Shown here piece after piece: positions 40,747 to 52,700 of a DNA stretch of 64,000 bases. Every line of letters starts with the position of its first letter. The first letter of the stretch is position 1. The position numbers and the translations under genes were made by a program. The notes below the pieces were generated by a model. That model made no database searches. It was not told the DNA's origin and saw only the letters and a program-made list of their open reading frames with translations. Location of the stretch: NCBI GenBank assembly GCA_030141605.1, contig JAQGDQ010000357.1:1-64000 (forward strand). The letters are read 5' to 3'. Origin of the DNA: Tubiluchus corallicola. Taxonomy: Eukaryota > Animalia > Priapulida.

Positions 40747-40788
<42 letters not shown>

Positions 40789-42161
40789 TATTATTAGTTT
40801 ATTATGCATAAAAATCCCGATATCCATTATACATTATAAACTGATTTTTTTATTAAATTTTCTGTATAACTTGTCATGTGTCACTACTATAAATGTCCAT
40901 TTCGTCCCGTTTGCTATGTTATTATGTTTTTCCCGTAGGACTGATAACTGTCCTAGCCTGGAAATAGGCATGCCCTGGTTAATTTCATTCAGAATAAAGT
41001 AATCATATGTATTTTTATTCAAGGTACAAGGAGGTGAGAATGTTGGCACCTGATTATTATGATGTGAAAGTTCAGCTTCCTGCAAGGTGGGTACTTTCGA
41101 CTCCTGCAATGTTGAATTTTAAAGGATTGTTGCTGATAAGTATTTATGCTGAAGATTTTTTTTATATATTTTTGTTCCAGTTTATGGTGGAACTTTTTTT
41201 GTATGAAGGTAGTAATAAATATAAATGCATAGCAAAAGCTAATTGTACTGTAAGAGTCGACATTGTCAAATTTCAAACTTACTGGGGTGGGGGAATTGTA
41301 AACTTCTTCAGATTTTTTTCTATTTTTGATTTTTATATTAATTATAACACTTATATGTATAGTTGAATTTAATTACGGTGGTGAACTTGTTGCGCTATAG
41401 GCTTAAATAGTCTGTACAAAGCATAAACGAAAAATTTCATACCGTGTATATTTGACTCATAACGAAGTCCATGTCTGACTATACAATGTAAAAACATACA
41501 CATGATTATTACTGAGTTTCACTTTAAAACCAAATAAGTAAACGTCCTACAGATCTAATAAGCCTTTTTACAGTTTCGTTGCGTGCACACGCAGTAGCTG
41601 TAGGTCTAAGGTTAAATGAGCCCAACAATGCAGCTTAACTACAACCGCCATGTGATGTGTGGATAAAGCAAAGTTGTCTGCTACATCAGTTCAGTAACTT
41701 CAGTTGTTCTATGTGGCCTTTACTTAATTATGCATTAGCCTGCACGTTGATTTACTAGAAGGATCTTGCTTGGCAACAAGAAAAATGGACTAGGGAAGGT
41801 TTTAGCTGTGAAAACATGTTAAAACTGTTACTATTACAATAGCTTGGGCTGTGAGTCGTTGTCAAGTGTACACAAATGTGTTGTCTGGTTCACTTAACCT
41901 TTGATCTTTTCACAATCATCATCAATTGCTGGAACTGTGAAAAGGCTTATTTGTTTAAGATTAACTAATATATATTCCAAGAGCTCTACTGTTTATTATC
42001 CTGCACTTGTAACTGCTTCTTATTTCAGTCCGATTACGTATGCATGGGAAGGTGGAAAACTCCTTGGAAAAGACCAACCAGCCTACAGGAAGATGTCTGT
42101 CACTAGAGCCATGTACGAAGAACATGGACACAGAATCTGTTTTGAAAAATTTGATGTTTAA
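22387..42161 (+). CDS. ACTR6: Actin-related protein 6 (SWR1/SRCAP complex subunit), 397 aa. Exons 22387-22463, 22716-22833, 23301-23369, 24562-24685, 26394-26529, 26957-27013, 27919-28017, 28375-28492, 38126-38249, 39716-39791, 41024-41086, 42029-42161
   Basis: In-frame spliced product with ARP6 signatures: ILDNGAYTAKIG, SGLYYLLPFQKGFLVNWDIQ, TEPYFNF...EIFFEEYQF, IVDTGYSFTHVAPY, RQLNVMDETYVMNQVKEDVCF, DYVLPDY, NNERFSIPEILFNPADIG, PITYAWEGG. The exons sum to 1194 nt and every intron is GT-AG. Confidence 0.96.
25084..25451. mobile_element. hAT-like MITE in ARP6 intron 4
   Basis: Perfect 11-bp TIR CAGTGATGGGC...GCCCATCACTG; 8-bp TSD not recognisable. Confidence 0.6.
28735..28836 (-). mobile_element. 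Degenerate 5S rRNA-derived sequence (SINE3 head or 5S pseudogene)
   Basis: Minus strand aagttaggcagcactgggtctgattaacaaatggatgagtg aligns without gaps to the 5S internal control region AAGCTAAGCAGGGTCGGGCCTGGTTAGTACTTGGATGGGAG (about two-thirds identity, 5S sequence from memory). Confidence 0.5.
29574..29817. repeat. Minisatellite, ~7 copies of a ~35-bp unit (ttaaatcnctnttagtttgtgggaatacatannaa)
   Basis: TGTGGGAA cores at 29592, 29627, 29662, 29697 and 29766; variants at ~29732 and 29801. Confidence 0.9.
30756..30950 (+). mobile_element. Probable SINE remnant (Pol III A-box-like head)
   Basis: TGGTCGAGTGG A-box-like motif at 30771, followed by cagttaagcagc reminiscent of 5S-type SINE bodies. 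GC-rich island following a T-rich tract. Confidence 0.35.
32346..33518 (-). CDS. Class A (rhodopsin-like) GPCR, Tre1/Moody/GPR84-like, single coding exon, nested antisense in ARP6 intron 8. Likely start is the Met at 33389
   Basis: Seven hydrophobic segments: TM1 GTAN, TM2 LNILD, ECL1 WVFGMTTC, TM3 AINRY (NRY variant of DRY), TM4 CWIFP, TM5 FFVP...Y, TM6 SYIPF, TM7 DPFLY. N-terminal N-glycosylation sequons (NNS, NRT, NNT, NES). AATAAA at 32059-32054. Confidence 0.92.
   Translation of the reverse strand: MCHTYHSLLHYNTLKQAFFAEIDLNLELANGAQRYHLISQRTIMYLGNNSRHLGEMNNRTDNNTASDAINESYGHDIIIVVLGSIVSLFTTCVGGTANIIILMTIITTNSAHIHINPLILNLNILDTLFCCFLSPILAAEFLYNRWVFGMTTCTIFPFFTHSTHYAIFLTQVSIAINRYIFIVRSQSYPRLYSRYRMGVNILICWIFPLVFFTLSLLRVNNCFGFSPTLKMCMLVCTKNAAGTIILFFVPVTLSLAAYIHIVVVVRRSRNRVRPTLQPTPSQQVSTVNQSSEQGRSNRKKPKYESKLLATTMSIFALYLVSYIPFLIISYINRSELLFYHGMSRMFMMLGPCIDPFLYVLTNRSIRQAVHECLPRTGYKDLCCKRHSTGS
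38307..38845 (+). mobile_element. Non-autonomous DNA transposon with a TTAA-associated terminus (Kolobok-like), copy 1 (ARP6 intron 9)
   Basis: Colinear similarity to 57147-57751 (atcttaaactataggtcaaaataatctact..., attcgctagttagac..., gttcgacagcttatgcgtg..., ...gtcttcctttaa). A reverse-oriented terminus ttaaaggaagacaggatgattttt occurs at ~23805. Confidence 0.7.
39951..40330. mobile_element. MITE with imperfect TIRs (PIF/Harbinger-like) in ARP6 intron 10
   Basis: aagccaagcttaggtcaac versus reverse-complemented right end aaggcaggcttacgtcgac; TAA/TTAA context; GC-rich interior. Confidence 0.5.
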
Positions 42162-43737
42162 TGATCTGTACTTGTGAGAGAGATATTTGATCTTTGGATT
42201 AATGGGACTGAAGCAGTGCATGGTCATTTGGTGCCGGCTCGACGCTGGACCTAGCTGATCTTTGTTCAACCTCTTAACAACATAGTCATGTCAAAGGGTA
42301 CTAGTACTTTCCGAGTTTATGGAGGTTCTAATCAGCCCCTATTAGTTCAAGTAATTTCCTTTATAATGATACAGTCTTGATGTTAAGTTTAAAAGCTAAT
42401 CTTTTGTGATGTGAAAGTAGCCTTTTAGCTCAAATGCATTATGTTGGCTCTGGCTCGTTTGGGTAAGTGATTGTACAGATAGATCAACTAACTGACAGGA
42501 CAGCTATCAGTTAACACAGCTTAGATTTAATTCTTACTCCTCGTAACAGTAAGGATTTGTTAGTACCCCATTCATTATCACTTATATTGTGCCCTTGAGT
42601 GTCCATTGCCAAATTGACAGAGTTGTTTCGTGTACATATTATACGTAGGATTGTATACTTGTAAATTATCTTTTGTAAATAAATTATTTTGTAATAATTA
42701 ATACTTTTCTTGTTTTTTTAGTTTAAGCATACAGTGGAAAGGTACAATTATTCATAAAAATTGTATTTTATCATACAAGTCACACTACAAAAACAAAATT
42801 CAATAAATGAGCGATGAATTTAAAATAAATAGTATTACAGAACTTTATTAAAGAAATTAAATCTTCAAATGGTGGATGTAAATTATATTGAAAATGTTGT
42901 AAAATATTAACAATAACAGAGTATAAACTACTGACTTACCAACAAATGGCATTACCTTGTGTAGTAATTGTACATGTGTGCACAATTTTTACTTGGCAAT
43001 GTGTACAAATATACAATATACTAAATAACTCCTAAAGAAATAAACAATAACAATGTAAACGTCATTATAAAAGCAAAAAAATTATTATCAAGTAGACGGG
43101 TAATACCGGACTGGTGTAGACTAGGACCCCGACTCGTGACTGCCTCTATGCTTAAAATACGTTTGAAAATGGAGCGATTTAAATTGTGTCACATAAATTT
43201 AAATTATCAAGATAAAATGGTTAAACGATTAATAGATTAGTTACACAACTAATATTTAGGAATCTAAGCATTCCTGATGTGTTTATTCTCCTGAGGCAAG
43301 CCAACTCCGAACTTCAATTTAGTTAAATTGAAATATAAGTTAAACGTGTAAAATAACTGACTAGGTAGTTTTTAAACAACATGTATATTAGACAAATGAA
43401 ATAAACACCTTAAAAACTGCCTACAATAATGTTACTGCTTTATAATTTATACCGACTTTTAACGCGTGTACTATAAATTAACAAAAACAACATTAAAACA
43501 GTTTAAATAACAGCAATAAAAATAATATGTCATAAAAATATTTAACAGCTGACTTTAGCTAACAAATAAAAACAAAATAACAAAACATTTTCTATAATTT
43601 CCTAGAGATTCTAGTGAACTTTTGGGAACACTTGTTATCTTGTTTATATTGGGAACAAATCATCCCATTTTATTTTTCCATCTGAAAGAAAATGGCAACT
43701 GCTTATTCTCTTCTTAAAGAAAAGTGCCAAATGCTTA

Positions 43738-46700
43738 TTAATCTTCTGAAGAAAATCTAAAAGCTGTGTCATCCTCAAACCAAGCCATATCGACCTTGGT
43801 TGTCTTCTGCATTTGGCGAACTAGATGCCGATCTTGTAGAGTTGATTTGAAGAACTTTCTCCCTGACTTTGGTGCCATCTTCTTTGCATTTGGTGCAGCC
43901 TGCTTCTGAAAAACAAAAGTAAATGATGGTACAGTAAATCGATGGTTTCTACATATTTATGAAAGTTCAGATTTTTAGCTTTGGCTGTGTAATGCTAATG
44001 TGCAAAACTGAAATGTTTTGTCTTTCTAGCAATGCAGTAGAATTTGCTTAATAAATCCACGGATTAAATCGAGTTGCATAATGAAATCTCTATGGCTGGA
44101 ACGGAACTGTATAATGCTTTAACATAGTAAATATACTGTTTATTAAATCCAAATTTCACTTTATAAATCCACCTTGCTTGCTGCAAAGTAAACAAAATTA
44201 TGACACGAGGCCATATGCTTGTTCCACATTTTAACTTCTGCTAGATAAGCATCTTTGTTCTAAGCACGTTTTACACCTTTGCATTTTTTCTGCTTAATTC
44301 TTTTCCTTTAGCAATCTGATTTATATGTTATAATGCAGAAACGTCAGTCAAGCATAAGATGACAGATTTAATTAACACGCTAATTCTTAGTGACAAACCA
44401 TTGTGCATGAGAATGCCATTGACTCAAATAAACTGCCGAATCAACGCTGATATTAAAGTCAAATGTACTGCATTTTTTAGATTAGAAAACGGCTTATCAC
44501 ATATAAAGGGTAACGGCATCATAGATAAACAATACATACTTTAAGTGAGCTACTTTAATAATATGAATGCTAATAAATTACTGCACTTTACTTAAAAACG
44601 TTTTGCAAGTAGTTTACTGAGTGCTAATTGAGTTGGTTTCATAAACAAACAATATGCACTGAAATAACGTAGAAACGCTACTTAATAGGTCTCTTAAGTT
44701 TATAAATCCAGCCGCTTAACAAATCCATTTGGCTTCGCACCAAGACGGAGTACTGCAATAATAAATGCCAAATTCTTGCGATTTGTGCAAGTCGACCCAC
44801 TTCCAATTCAATCACACAGGCATTAACATTTGTTATCATATCTTACTTGACCATATCATATCATATTTCAAAGCACTACTAAGTACAATTAGTAATTTTA
44901 GGCATGCAAATTTAAACAATTATGAAATAACATAAAATAATATTCTGCTTACGGGAGTAGAAGCGCTGCTACGCGAATAATCATTATGCTTGGTGGAGAA
45001 CAATTCATCGGCATCAGTAGATTCCTTCTCCTACGTATGATAGAAATACAGTCTAACTTTCATTTAAAGAAACATTAGTATTCATACCAAGTATAAGAAC
45101 TGCTAAGATGTTTTTATTTGGGGACATTTAGAGAGCAAAATTATTTTGTACTTAATTGAACATTGATACCCTTATTCCAAGTCATCAAGACACTGTTCAA
45201 GAAACTGCTACTGCAAGTTTCACTAAAAGTTTAACTCTTATAATAATAATTAGCAATAATTTCGTTTATGACACATAGTCCAGAGATAACACTTAATTAA
45301 CTCAATACTTATTTCCTAGGTGGTCCCGATTATTTTTACCCGCATGTTACTTCCATAAAGCCAAGGGACTTTGTCGAAGAACCAAGGGTAACATTTTCAA
45401 GTCTTTGGTACGACTCGGACAGGAGTTGAACCCAGGACCTTCCAAGTGAAAAGCGAGCACGTTGAGCTACGCCACCCAGTAGTTATAGCTGGTGACATTA
45501 CCTTTTTAGATGCTGATCGTCTTGGTACAGGTTTGGGATTCGACAGTAGTGGATTGACATTTTGCATTTTATTACCGAGTGGAGTTGATTTTCTGGTTGG
45601 AGTAGGAGTAACTGAATGTTGCAACTTGTTAGTTAACACATCAACATCCACCTATCAATGGAAAGCAAACATTACAAATAGTTACTTTTTTAAGTGGATT
45701 TAAGAGAAGCTATATGCTAATTTTTATTATTTGTTAAGCATTCAGTTTTAAGCTCGACTATCGAACAACTATAAAACTATAAGTGTGATGAAACTTGCAG
45801 AGTAGACACCTAGGGACCAGGTACAGTCAAGTGATAGACAAGGCAGATCTGCACCTGAAACCATTCAGTCTGTCAAGTGGTAAATGCCGTCGTGCTTGCG
45901 GACTTAGATCCTCATTCATTCAGTCTTGTTTACTTTATATTCCTATGCACGGTACGTGACATTTGGGTACAGCCATTTGGGTATGGGACACTAAGCACAA
46001 GACATTTTATCACCAATAAAATTCGATATTGTACCTAATTTTTTTAAATTTTTGTTTATTAAATTTATTAAATGATTCACTATGTTCCTAACTGTAATTA
46101 TGTTTAATAACACAGTTAAAACCAATTAAGCCTTTGCGCACTTTCTACACCTTCAGTATTAGCCTGTGTAGTTCTTAAAATGAACAAAGTATGTCAATAA
46201 CATGAACAGGGGGATTTAATTGTTCATTATTAGCAACGCTTCCAAGTGAGCCGACTTATGTTAACTTGTAACTGTTCATCAAGTGCTCGATATACTTTAA
46301 GATAAGTTGTTTATACTAGCTGCCTATTCGCAAGAAAGTAGTTAATGAGAAAAATGCTTAATACATAACTATCACTTTCAATGTGAAGCTTCTTCATGGC
46401 ATCTCTTGTGGAATGCATGATTTCCATCTGAATTCACTACCAGAGTTTTTATGCATGGTGAGTGTTTCAGTTATTTCTAATGTTAATTATACGATCGAAC
46501 TCACGAAAATCATTATTTATTTGCTTACTAAAACTTTAGGTAAATTTCGAAAATAGCATGTAACTAAGCAATCAAAGAGGAATTACCTAATAAGTCAACT
46601 ACAGGCACTGCATTTTGTAGAGCAGCACAGAAATTATTTTCTTGCGCAAGTGCAACAAACATCGATTTTGCTGCCCAAGTGGGTCAGCGTCCGAGTTTCT

Positions 46701-49700
46701 GGTGCCCAAACAGCCCCTCCTACAAACTATCTTAGAGCAGTTTTTAAAGGAAAGTATAAGCACAACAGTTTATAGTACTATACCTCAATAGCGTCAGCGC
46801 TAGATTCGGGACTACTGGCCAGAAAATCAGAAAATGCCACCTTTCTTCTCTTGGCTGCAGGAGTATTTGAAGCTCGTCGGAGTATACCATGTATAGGAGT
46901 TGGCATGCCAGAGGTTGGCTCCTGCATAAATTAAAAAAAAAATAATCAGATTTATTTAAAAACTTACTGTAAAGAAAAAGATGCGACAAAAACAGAAATA
47001 AAAAACTTTATTGGGGAAGGGTTTTTGGCAACAAATTCTTGCACATTATTAATAAGCTCAGTTTTATGAGTATATTTATAAGCAAGCATTAATGCTTCAC
47101 TTCTAATGAATTTGTTTCTCTGTACAATGCAGCATTGTATTACACATTTTGTATCACGTTTGAAACTTATTTGCAAAAGTGAACTACTAACAAAATTTTA
47201 AAATTCCAACGATAAACGAATAATTATGAAATTACGTAAATGTCTATTAAGTGCAGATGATCATTTCGACACAAGTGTTATTCTCAATGTTAGAAATCAA
47301 GCCAAGAAATAACCAGTGTATTTATTATGACACTGCAATACCAAGGCACAAAATATCATTACACTGAAAAGAATGGAGTTCAAATTGTCAAATATAAGTG
47401 GATATAACTTAGAAAGAAATTCTATGAAGAAAAACGAAAAAATGTAGAAAATTTGTGAGATTCAGGCAGTATATTACAAAACTACAGTATGTTTAAACTC
47501 CACTCTTGATTTTGTAATAATATTTTGTGCCTTGGTGTTGCAGTGTCATAAATGTACTGATTACTGTATTTCTCTTGGTTTGATTTCTAGCATTGAGAAA
47601 GACATTTGTATCAAAATGATCATCCGCGCTTAATAAACATCAAATTGATTCCTAAAGGCTAACTCTTTCGTGTATTTAATTATGAATTTATAATTCATAG
47701 TAAAACTGTAGCACAATAATAAACAATAAGTGTTATGGTCACTTAATTTCTATAACACTAGTACTGTCAAGCCTCGTTATAATGCCAGGTCTGAAACACC
47801 ACTAAATGATGCTATAGCGGGGTTGGCGGTAAGGCGAGGTTCAGTAAAAATCAAAGGCATTCTACTGTGCAACCTTGATTTTGTTTCCTAGTTAATTTTA
47901 ATATGTGATAAATAGGCGTAATGTATAGGTGTAGTGGTATTATTATACCTATGCCAATATAAGTGTTATACTGCACATTTTTGCTCCATTAACAATGCAG
48001 GTGTAGTACTACAGCAGCATCTTGCAAAACTTTTACATAACACAACGTGTAGACGACATTATAGTGAGGCTGGCATTATAATAAGGGGTGGTACAACGAG
48101 ATTCGTCTATATTTACTATACTGACATGCAGTGGGCAGCCTGAAGATAAAATTAGTGAGGTGCTGCTTCAGAAATTTTTTTAGCCATTGTTTTAATACTG
48201 TGTAAAACGAAACAAACATATGTAACTTTAATGTTGTAATTGTAATTTTAAACAAACATACAAAAATTTTTACATAAACTTGATAAAATCCTAAACAAAA
48301 ATTGTTTGCTTACGAATGGCCTAAATTGCTACAGTTCAAGATTCTGAGCACGTGACAACTGACAACAAACTGTGTGAGCAACAGTATTTTCTCTACCTAG
48401 CAGCAGATGCTAGCAGTGCAGTGTACAACATGTTATCTCAGACATGTGTGCATGACCGCAGGCGCACAACACACAGTTGAACACACCACTGTGCTGGGCT
48501 GTGAAGCGAACAGTACTACCCTCACGTGCTCAAGTAATATAAAGAAAGAACTAAAGAAAAAAGACTTATTATATTGAGTATTATCAATAATACTGAGTGA
48601 AAATAGGATGTGCTGCAGTTGCACAGTACCTATACATGAGCCGCCACTGCTGAGGTTCTGAAATTACCAGATCACTTATCAATGCAAATGAAACATAAAC
48701 TATGAAAGAAATGTGGAGTAATAAATACTAATGTATCAGCACACATCAAAGGGTGCTGATTTCAGTGTTAGTAAGGCTCCATTTCATCAGCAATCAGTCA
48801 GTTTCATGAAAATTTCAGCTAAAATGACATAGCATAAAATTACTTGTGGTATAATAAGATGACTTGGTGTCTCAAAAACTTCCTTTCTGCCATCCAAAAC
48901 ATTATCACCTCTTGTAGCAAGAGTTGGCGTTCTCTTTGGCGTGCTGTAAGTTTTCAACGTTGGCGTCACATCAGTAAAGCTTTCTAAGTTTGCTGGAGAG
49001 AAGTTTTCTTTCTGTTGGTTTCTTTTGGGCCTCTCGAATGGCAACTCCAGCTTGGAAAGCTTGTTTTCCAGCTCTTGCAGTTTGGCGTCCTTTGCATTCA
49101 AACAGCCTTTGGTTTTCTCGACCTCTGTTTTTGCTTTTGTCAGCTCATCCTCAACATATTGCTAACAGTTTAAGAAAAATGTGCGCATTAGTAATTCTCT
49201 GAGGTAATTTTGAAATTACATACATCATTTAAAGAACTGGAAACACTGCTACCCCAAGAATAATACAAAAATGATGGAACATGGGAAATGAATCTACTAT
49301 TCGTGTTGATAAAAATATGCATTTTATTTTAATTAACAAATTATGCCACTATTTAATAAGAGGTGTTGCAAATATTTGGTTTATAAGTTACCTATCTGGC
49401 AGGTTACAAGCAGTAAAGTATAATAACTGTATATCTAATCCAAAATTAGTATCATGTGGTGTGCCATAAGGGTCGATACTTGGTCCACTCTTGTTTCTTA
49501 TGTACATCAATGATATAAAACATTGTATGCATAATGGAAAAATCCTGCAGTTTGCTGATGATACCAGTTTAATATTTAAATATTATAATACTGTTATTGA
49601 AGCAGAAATAGACATGAACTGTAGCAAATATCAAACTGGTTTAGGAGTAATAAATTATCACTTAATGCTTTCAAAACTAAATTTGTACTTTTTAGAACAA

Positions 49701-52700
49701 GAAACAAAAGAATGCTAAATTTGACATTACAAATTGAAAATAGTAATATTCAACAAGTAAAACAAATTAAATTCTTAGGTATTGTCATACATGACCACTT
49801 AGACTGGCAATCACATATCTCTCACATGAAACACAGTCTTTCGAAAGAACACTTACTAATCTTGTACAATAGTCTAGTTTTACCTTATCTCAATTTCTGC
49901 AGTATAATTTGGGGCCCCACATATCCATCTAAACTGAAATGCTTAACAACGTTGCAACGTAAATTTCTAAGGTTAATGTATGGCCTACAGAAACGCAGTG
50001 AAGTACCTTTACTTCGTTAGCGTGAATGTAGAATTATGCAATTAGATGATTTAATTAAATTGAATATGTAGGTGAACAGTGTGTGAGGATTTTCTTGTGC
50101 AGAAACAATAAAAACTTATTTTTATTATGTTCATTGTAGGCCCTTTCATTATATATTGTACACGAAACTATTGTAAATGTGTAATGTGAAATAAATGACT
50201 TATGACTATTCAATAGTTAAATTTAAATACCTTTTCCTTTTTACACTTATTAACTTCTCTTTCTGCTTTCTCAACTTGAACTTTCATTCCTTCAATTTTC
50301 ATATCCTGGAATTAAGAAAAAGATATCTGCAATAACCATCACATCAAAACAGATATTTACCGTATCTCAGTAACGCATTCAACTTTAAATACGTGGTATG
50401 TACTATTTGTATTAATGTTTTGACATGGAAGTTTACAATAACATATTTTATTTTAACAAATACCTGAAAATAATATAACTTGTGATGTCTACTGAATTAT
50501 AAAATAAACCACTTACCCAACAAAAGTAATTACCACTATTACACAGGCATAAATTAACTTCATGTTTTGCTGTAAAAAATGGCTGCTAACAGTTATTATG
50601 CATGATAAATTTTTACGATGCACATTCAGAATAATATTTGTATATATTAATATGTATTTATAAATCAATTTTATGATAAATGAACCACAGACTACTTACT
50701 ACCGCATGTTCATTTTGTCTCCTATCTGCTAATTTCTTCTCCAGTTCAGAGATCATGTTTTCCGATGATGTATGCAATCGTTTGTTAGTTTCCTAAAAAG
50801 TGCAGAAAAGTTGGAGAACAAAATGAATTTTTTCTTACAATCGCAAACTAGCTGCTACGACAACAAAGCTAGAATGTTCAGTTAAGCATTTGGCACACTG
50901 GCTAAAGAATTATGGGGGTGAATTTTCTACCAAGTTTCAGTGTCATAAAATGTTGCTAGTAAAATATTTTTCATTTTCTAGCATGTCAAGTTGCACCACC
51001 AATCTGAAACCACTGTACGACACAAGAACAACTACGCCCAGAGCACAGGCAGCAATGATAGTTTATGCACAACCCAAAGCAGAACTGAACATGGTAGGAC
51101 ATGAAATGATAGATGTATTAATATTTACATAGGGCTTTTTCCTGGATTCTGAACAGCCTCTGAATTGCTGGGGCAAAGTTTTAATACAGGTATAAACCCT
51201 ATTGCTAGCCAAACCCTGCAAAAAAATTTGCGTATAAACCCACAATGACAAACCATAACACATTAACCACACCACACAACCCACATTACACCACGCATAC
51301 CATGCCATACCATATAACACCACACCACCCATACCACTCCACCTGCAACACACCACACCCACCATGTTACACCTGCACCACCCACACCACACTGCTCTAC
51401 ACCACAACACTCACACCACATCATCCACACCATGTTCACATGCCACATTCACCAAACACCACACCACACCAATCACATCATACCACACTCACTATATTAA
51501 ATCACTCACAACACACTCACCACACCCACCACATCACACCATCCACAGCACACTCATCACACCCACCACATCACACCATCCACAGCACACTCATCACACC
51601 CACCACATCACACCATCCACAGCACATTCATCACACCCACCACTCCACACTATCCACAGCACACTCATCACACTCACTACACCATAACACACCACATCAC
51701 AGAGTGATCATGGTGATAATGATGACGACAATGACGACAGCTACAACACCAACACCATACCAGCATAATGAAACCATGCAAAACAGTTCGCACAAATTAG
51801 GAACCAAGTGCTGCGACAAACACTACTTGACCATTCACCAATTTTCAATAATGCACGAACATTCTACATAGTTTTTGCTTATTGCTTCTCCAATGATAAT
51901 GGGCTAAGAGATATAACTTATGTATACAACCTATAACACAACAAAACGGCGGGTGATGACAATGCCTGGAACAGCCACATAATTTCTCAAACTCAAAGAC
52001 TGGCTGTTCCAGTGTGTAGCACAGGGGGGTTGAAAAAGAACATCGAAATACACCCTGTCCATTTCGTTTAGTGGATGTTTCTCCTAGTGAGACCTTTCGG
52101 TCTTGTAGACTGTTTCCTCCTCTTTCAGCTAGTGTGCTTATTTTTTCTCAACTTTACCAAATAGTTGCACAAATCAAGTTTTTCTGGAGGCTGTTTGTGC
52201 AGTTTTCCACCAAATTTCAGTGTATAGGTATGGGAAAATTCTCATTGCTGAGAACAGTGACACTCCCGTGAATTCTAAATATACCTAGTACAACCACCAT
52301 TGAATTGGCTATCCAAACATTATAGGCACCGTGCTTGGCACCCAATGTTTGAAGGTTTTTTGCCCCCCGTTCCTCCCAGTGGCCTCGATTCCAAAAATAA
52401 ACCCTCAACGGACCACGCTAGATTGAGACCTTTCGTTTGTTATATAGATCACCAAAAATGATGCCGTAGTTGGAGCTGTAGACCCATCGGTTATCACCGA
52501 AATGAATTATAAGATACGAGGAAAAAGTGGTCAGCAGATGATAGGAAATAGAAGCAAAGATAGCAAAGCAGCAACACCACTCTACCAGTTAATTAAAATA
52601 CATCATAATTTCACAAAGTACAGTGTGTAAAACATACGTCATATTCGTTCACAACAGACTTCCATTCTAATTCTTGCTTCTTAAGATCAGCTTTCAACTT

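Noticed and set aside
40718-41002. Poly-Ile hydrophobic ORF
   Set aside because: Derived from an (ATT)n microsatellite in ARP6 intron 10.
43092-43150. GC-rich island as a structured ncRNA
   Set aside because: No recognisable motif; more likely the tail of an old retroelement in the 3' region.
45397-45478. Functional tRNA gene
   Set aside because: A/B boxes present but no complete cloverleaf, and it continues into a SINE body.
51063-51871. His/Thr-rich 208-aa ORF and overlapping Val/Trp/Cys-rich ORFs
   Set aside because: Artefacts of a CA-rich minisatellite lacking stop codons; open in several frames and intronic.
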